Positions 53,306 to 58,139 of a stretch of 58,139 bases of DNA are shown here, in pieces. This DNA is from a virus (lineage: Duplodnaviria; Caudoviricetes), in the IMG/VR virus record IMGVR_UViG_3300039828_000001, positions 1-58,139 of that record. The stretch is one strand, 5' to 3'. The position numbers were made by a program, and so were the translations under genes. Positions within the stretch are counted from its first letter, which is position 1. Each line of letters starts with the position of its first letter. Under the pieces are notes generated by a model, which saw only the letters and a program-made list of their open reading frames with translations, made no database searches and was not told where the DNA came from.

Positions 53306-54315
53306 GCCCTCGCGCGTTCTCTCCGGAGGACACGATCCCGTTGCTGGTCGACCCGGCGAGCGTGCTCATCGCGGTCATCACCGGCAACCGGCCCCGGCTC
53401 GAACAGCGCCCGACGACGCGCATCCTCGCTCTACTGGAGGCTGCGGGGTACGCGAACGTGGAGTGGGTAGTGCGCGAGAACCACGCGCCCGATTACGAGC
53501 AGGACCACCGTCCGATGAACGTCTACTCCAACGCGTTCACGCTCACGTACGCGCGCGACCACTGGCGACACCCGAAGGCGAAGTGGGCTCCGGATGCCTT
53601 CATGGGCGCGTTCGCGGGTCGGGAGTACGTCATGCGCTCAGCGGCGCAGCGGGGGTTCAAGTACGTGCTCCAGTTGGACGACAACGTGAAGTATCTAGTG
53701 CCCGCCCTCGGGGGAGCCCGGGGCGAGGAGTTGTCCCGCGTCTCACCTGTTGAATGCCTGAACGTCCTCATCAGTATCGCCGCCTCGACCAACGCGGCAA
53801 TGTGCGGGATGCAGTTGTCTACGGTCAGCCCGTTCGGGATCAAGCGCGTCATCCGACCGGGCTACCCCTACTCGGTCTTCGTGGAGACGATCACTCCGTA
53901 CCGGGTGCCGTACTACGGCCCGTTCGAGGACGACATCATGCACGCCCTCGACTACGCGCTCTCGCCGTCTCCCGTGACGGCTGCCGTCGTTCCGGGGCTC
54001 GTCTACTCCAAGGAGTCGAAGCCCACGTCGGGCGGAATGCGCTCGCACTACACGGCCGAGCGCGGCCTCGGCCTCGTACAGCACTTCCCGAAGAACGCCC
54101 GCCTCGTAGAGAGCACGCGCACCTCCTCGGTAGCGGACACCGGGCGAGGTATCCGGCACCTGCTCAACACGTCGGGCTTCACGCCGGTCCGCGTAACTGA
54201 TGACGTGCTCTACGACCGCTCGCGGGACGCTCTCTACGCCCTGACCGAACGTACGCGGGAGGCGATGATGGCGCAGCGTCGCGTGAAGATGGCAGCGCGC
54301 GCAGGAGCGTCATGA
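53302..54315 (+). CDS. GT-A fold glycosyltransferase (TET-associated / GREB1-like)
   Basis: GAFAGRE...VLQLDDN...FEDD...KES..GGM motifs. Confidence 0.55.
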   Translation: MSPRAFSPEDTIPLLVDPASVLIAVITGNRPRLEQRPTTRILALLEAAGYANVEWVVRENHAPDYEQDHRPMNVYSNAFTLTYARDHWRHPKAKWAPDAFMGAFAGREYVMRSAAQRGFKYVLQLDDNVKYLVPALGGARGEELSRVSPVECLNVLISIAASTNAAMCGMQLSTVSPFGIKRVIRPGYPYSVFVETITPYRVPYYGPFEDDIMHALDYALSPSPVTAAVVPGLVYSKESKPTSGGMRSHYTAERGLGLVQHFPKNARLVESTRTSSVADTGRGIRHLLNTSGFTPVRVTDDVLYDRSRDALYALTERTREAMMAQRRVKMAARAGAS

Positions 54316-55919
54316 CCGCCCCGACGCTGGGCGAACTGGTCCAGTTGGCCCAGGGCCTAGAGCCGGAAGAAATCGCAGCGCTCATCGCGGACCTGCCCGA
54401 GCCTGCGGTGAAGGCGCTGCTCGACGCGCTCAGCACCACGACGACCTCGACGGTCGCCTCCCCGCTCGACCAGGCTCTGATCACCGACGCGGGCTACCGC
54501 CCCCGGCCGCACCTTGCCCACGTCTCCGAGGTGATCCGCGAGGCGGTGGCCGACGTGGAGCGGGGCATCAGCCGACGGCTCATCATCGAGATGCCGCCCC
54601 GCTCGGGTAAGAGCACCCTGTGCACGCAGCACACGCCCGCGTGGATCCTCCGGCAGCACCCGGACTGGCCGCTGGCCCTCGTGTCTCACGATCCGAGCCT
54701 GGCCGTCTCGTGGGGCAGGCAGATCCGCCGATGGGTCGAGGCGGGGCAGGTCGGGGACGTGCAGATCGCGCCCGACGCGGGCGCTGTCTCCGAGTGGCAG
54801 ACGACGGCGGGCGGAGCCGTGCTCTCGCGCTCGACGCGCGGGTCGCTGACCGGTCGCGGCGCGAAGGTGCTGCTGATCGATGACCCGCACAAGGACTTCG
54901 TTGAGGCGCACTCCGAGGTCGAGCGGCAGCGCGTGTGGGACTGGTGGCTGACCGTCGCCCAGACCCGCCTTGAGCCGCCGTCCCTCGTGATCGTGGTCAT
55001 GACCCGGTGGCACGAGGACGACCTCGTTGGGCGGCTGCTGTCCGACGACCACGAGGGCGACCCGTCCGACTGGACGCGCGTGTGCCTGCCCGCGCTGGCC
55101 GACGGCGAGAACGACGCGCTCGGGCGCGCTCCGGGCGAACCGCTCATCTCCCCGCTGCTCGATGAGACGCCGGAGGAGGCCGCTCAGCGGTGGGAGGACG
55201 TGCGCCGGGCGGTCGGTACGTACGCCTTCTCCGCGCTCTACCAGCAGCGCCCTGCACCCGCGTCTGGCTCGATCTTCGACGTGGGGTGGTGGCGGTACTG
55301 GACGACGGACCCCGGGCGCGTCTCGGCCGACGGGCGCGTGGTGTTGCTGCCGGACATCGGCCCGTACGCGACGCAGGTCGAGTCATGGGACATGGCCTTC
55401 AAGGACACGAAGGCGTCCGACTACGTGGTCGGCCAGCGATGGGCGCGAGTCGGGCCGAACCGGTTCCTGCTGGCGCAGGTGCGCGGCCGGTGGACGTTCA
55501 CCGAAACGTTGCGCCGCGTGCAGGAGTTCGCGGACCCGCACGTCCCGACGCGACTGGTCGAGGACAAGGCCAACGGCACGGCCGTGCTCGATACGCTGCG
55601 GGACGTGCTCGACGGGCTGATCCCGGTCAACCCGAAGGACGGCAAGGAGGCGCGCGCTCGCGCCGTCTCGCCCGAGGTTGAGGCGGGGAACGTGCTGCTG
55701 CCGCACCCGTCGGAAGCCGTGTGGGTGAACGACCTACTGTCCGAACTGCGGAACTTCCCGCACGACGCGCACGACGACCAGGTGGACGCGCTGACCCAGG
55801 CGCTGATGCGGCTCCGCATCGCGACCGGCGCTCAGGTCACCGTCCCCGGGCGGCTCGGTCGCACGATCGGCAAGCGCTCGCCATCCTCCACCTCCCGCCG
55901 AAGGGTCTCCTCCTCATGA
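54312..55919 (+). CDS. terminase large subunit
   Basis: MPPRSGKS, LTGRGA..LLIDDP, TRWHEDD, YQQRP, SWDMAFK, EDKANG and HDDQVDA. Confidence 0.95.
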   Translation: MTAPTLGELVQLAQGLEPEEIAALIADLPEPAVKALLDALSTTTTSTVASPLDQALITDAGYRPRPHLAHVSEVIREAVADVERGISRRLIIEMPPRSGKSTLCTQHTPAWILRQHPDWPLALVSHDPSLAVSWGRQIRRWVEAGQVGDVQIAPDAGAVSEWQTTAGGAVLSRSTRGSLTGRGAKVLLIDDPHKDFVEAHSEVERQRVWDWWLTVAQTRLEPPSLVIVVMTRWHEDDLVGRLLSDDHEGDPSDWTRVCLPALADGENDALGRAPGEPLISPLLDETPEEAAQRWEDVRRAVGTYAFSALYQQRPAPASGSIFDVGWWRYWTTDPGRVSADGRVVLLPDIGPYATQVESWDMAFKDTKASDYVVGQRWARVGPNRFLLAQVRGRWTFTETLRRVQEFADPHVPTRLVEDKANGTAVLDTLRDVLDGLIPVNPKDGKEARARAVSPEVEAGNVLLPHPSEAVWVNDLLSELRNFPHDAHDDQVDALTQALMRLRIATGAQVTVPGRLGRTIGKRSPSSTSRRRVSSS

Positions 55920-56308
55920 CCTCTCCCCTCCTGTCCGCGCTGCCGTGGTTCGACTGGTTGCTGGTCGTCGGCGCGACGCTCCGGCTCACGCGCTTCGTCA
56001 TCTCGGACGACCTCGGCGTGCGCCTGCTCCGGAACCCGATCGAGGACTTCCTGATCGAGCGGCTGCGCCCGACCAGGCACTGGCTCGCGGAGGGCCTGTC
56101 GTGCCCGTTCTGCGTGGGGTTCTGGATCGGCGCTCTCGTGCTCGTGCTGACCGTGGCGGCGACGTTCGATCCTGCACCCGTGCGCCTCGTGTGGGAGGCG
56201 ATCCTCGCCGCTCTCACGCTGAACTACCTCGCGGCGCACGTCGGCTCGCGGCTCGACCCGAACTACGATGGCGACGACACGCCGACGACCGAGGGTGACC
56301 AGCGATGA
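55916..56308 (+). CDS. DUF1360-like membrane protein
   Basis: RLTRFV..D...LSCPFCVGFW. Confidence 0.75.
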   Translation: MTSPLLSALPWFDWLLVVGATLRLTRFVISDDLGVRLLRNPIEDFLIERLRPTRHWLAEGLSCPFCVGFWIGALVLVLTVAATFDPAPVRLVWEAILAALTLNYLAAHVGSRLDPNYDGDDTPTTEGDQR

Positions 56309-58008
56309 ACAACCACCAGCCGACCACGGCCGGACGGCTCGACATCTCCAAGGAGGGGATGCTCGTACCCGAGCGACCAAAGCCGCTCCAGTCGATCACG
56401 GCCGCTGCGTCGCGACTCACCTCGACCTCCGTCAAGAGGTATACGAAGCGCCAGGCCAACGGCCGCGCGGCCGAGGCGTGGGAGATGTTCGACCTGGTGG
56501 GCGAAGAGCACTTCCTCGCAACGACGCTCGCTCGCCGCATGGCGCAGGCGAAGTTCTTCGTCGGGCGCATCCCCGACGACGACGACACCGGCGAGCCGGT
56601 GCCCGTCGAGCCGGGCGACCCGGCTGACGTGCTCGACCTGTTCGGAAAGAACTCCGTGCAGCGCGCGCAGATGATCGAGCGCGCGGGCGTGGGCCTGTTC
56701 GTGCCGGGCGAGACGTACTTCGTCGGCGTGCCGCCGTACCTGTACGAGGCACGGGACGGCAGCGCCGGGGGCCAGGTGCAGCGCCTCGTGCAGACGCCGA
56801 CGGGGCGCATCGAGCCCGACGGGGGGCTGTACGCCCCGGACGGTACGCCGATCGACCTGCGCGACCTCGATTGGTACACGCTTAGCAACGACGAGGTGTC
56901 CTGGGGCTCGGACGACGACGTGACGCTCACGCTCGGTAAGCGGAAGGTCACCACCCTGCCGGACGCGGCGCTGATCATCCGCGCGTGGCAGGCGCACCCG
57001 CGCATGTTCGTGGAGACGGACTCCCCGACGATGGCCGCGCTGCCGATCCTGCGCGAACTCACCGGCCTCACCGAGCACGTCTCCTCGCAGATCGACTCGC
57101 GCCTGGCGGGCGCGGGCCTGTTCGCGATCGCGAAGTCGGTCAAGGACGCGATGTCCTTCGGTTCCGGCGACGAGAACGAAGACGCCTTCACCGAGGCCCT
57201 GATGGACGCGATGATCACCCCGATCAGCGACCGGTCGAACGCTTCGGCGCACGTCCCGCTGATCGTGACCGTGCCCGACGACGGCACCGGCCGCGCGGTC
57301 GCGGACTACTTCCACTACCAGCGGTTCGATTCCGAACTCGACGCTCAGGCGCAGTCGCTGCGCGAGGAGGCGATCCGCCGCCTGGCGCTGTCCCTCGACA
57401 CGCCGCCCGAGATCTTGCTCGGCGTCGGCTCGATGAACCACTGGGGCGCGTGGCTCGTGCGCGAGGACGTGATCGTGACGCACGTCGAGCCGCCGCTGGC
57501 GCTGTTGTGCGACGCGCTAACGCGGGAGTTCCTGTGGCCGGTGCTGATGGCCGACGGGATGCCTGAGGAGGAGGCCGAGAAGCACGTCATCTGGTACTCG
57601 GTCGCGCACCTCGTGACGCGCCCGAACAAGACCGACGACGCGAAGGACCTGCACGACAAGGGCGTCATCTCCGACGCGGCGCTGCGCCGCGAGACAGGCT
57701 TCTCCGACGAGGACGCTCCGGAGGTCAGCGCGGAGGTCGAGCAGGACCCGGCCGTCACCCTCGCGCTCGGCCTCGTGGCGAAGGCCCCGACGCTGCTCGC
57801 CAGCCCGGGACTGCCCGCGATCGTCGCCCAGATCCAGGCCGTGCTCGACGGGAACATCCCGGATGCCGAGGCCGTGATGCCTTCGGCCGCCGAGCCCGCT
57901 GCGATCGAGGCGGCTCCGGCCCCGACCGACGACGATGACGACACCACGGACGAGGGCGCTATGCCCGAGACCGACAACGACTCAGCCGACCTTGAAGGAG
58001 ACCTGTGA
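56305..58008 (+). CDS. portal protein
   Basis: AWEMFDLVGE, DSP, SRLAGAG and R.EAIRRLA..LD.PPE.LLG...NHW.AW; follows the terminase. Confidence 0.9.
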   Translation: MNNHQPTTAGRLDISKEGMLVPERPKPLQSITAAASRLTSTSVKRYTKRQANGRAAEAWEMFDLVGEEHFLATTLARRMAQAKFFVGRIPDDDDTGEPVPVEPGDPADVLDLFGKNSVQRAQMIERAGVGLFVPGETYFVGVPPYLYEARDGSAGGQVQRLVQTPTGRIEPDGGLYAPDGTPIDLRDLDWYTLSNDEVSWGSDDDVTLTLGKRKVTTLPDAALIIRAWQAHPRMFVETDSPTMAALPILRELTGLTEHVSSQIDSRLAGAGLFAIAKSVKDAMSFGSGDENEDAFTEALMDAMITPISDRSNASAHVPLIVTVPDDGTGRAVADYFHYQRFDSELDAQAQSLREEAIRRLALSLDTPPEILLGVGSMNHWGAWLVREDVIVTHVEPPLALLCDALTREFLWPVLMADGMPEEEAEKHVIWYSVAHLVTRPNKTDDAKDLHDKGVISDAALRRETGFSDEDAPEVSAEVEQDPAVTLALGLVAKAPTLLASPGLPAIVAQIQAVLDGNIPDAEAVMPSAAEPAAIEAAPAPTDDDDDTTDEGAMPETDNDSADLEGDL

Positions 58009-58139
58009 CCACGACCCTGCCTGTCACGACCGCCGCCCCGCTCGCGGCACCTTGTGCGTTCTGCGGGGCGTACTCGCTGCCGGGCTTCGCTGCGCACAGC
58101 GCGCTGTTCGCGCTGAGCGACCTGCTCGTGCTGAAGGCG
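58005..58139 (+). CDS. 5' part of the origin-spanning ORF (continues at 1-456)
   Basis: GAAGGAG RBS; GTG overlapping the portal stop; in frame with base 1. Confidence 0.65.
   Translation, partial: MTTTLPVTTAAPLAAPCAFCGAYSLPGFAAHSALFALSDLLVLKA
58041..58139. repeat. 99-bp terminal direct repeat
   Basis: Identical to bases 1-99. Confidence 0.95.

Overview
This is a complete, circularly assembled (~58,040 bp; bases 1-99 = 58041-58139 assembly overlap) high-GC tailed actinobacteriophage genome. No integrase is seen, so it appears lytic. The virion module is terminase small/large, portal, MuF, maturation protease, two capsid proteins, major tail, tape measure and minor tails. A leftward arm carries a glycosyltransferase, tandem-RHH regulator, PolA, SNF2 helicase and primase-helicase. 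A rightward arm carries a Cas4/RecB-like exonuclease, Sak4-like ATPase, SSB, VRR-NUC, DUF932, lysis genes, HicA, WhiB, Ro60, BldC and methyltransferases. Highlights: (1) a Ro60/TROVE gene preceded by a promoter-driven array of four Y-RNA-like ncRNAs on one scaffold, two with permuted tRNA-like modules (YrlA type) and two minimal; (2) an HNH endonuclease overprinted in the +1 frame inside an uninterrupted PolA ORF, in a 423-nt insert bounded by a CGAAGAA direct repeat, with no intron or intein hallmarks; (3) two AT-rich 75-bp hairpin elements in inverted orientation that closely bracket the primase/exonuclease pair; (4) a genome-wide promoter-operator motif (TAGCGC-N17-TATGCT overlapping GCTTAC-N4-GTCAGC); (5) a MuF-GNAT fusion, an Acb2/Tad1-like sponge candidate, a BldC homolog and two further structured intergenic RNA candidates. 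All family assignments come from motif recognition by eye, not database searches.
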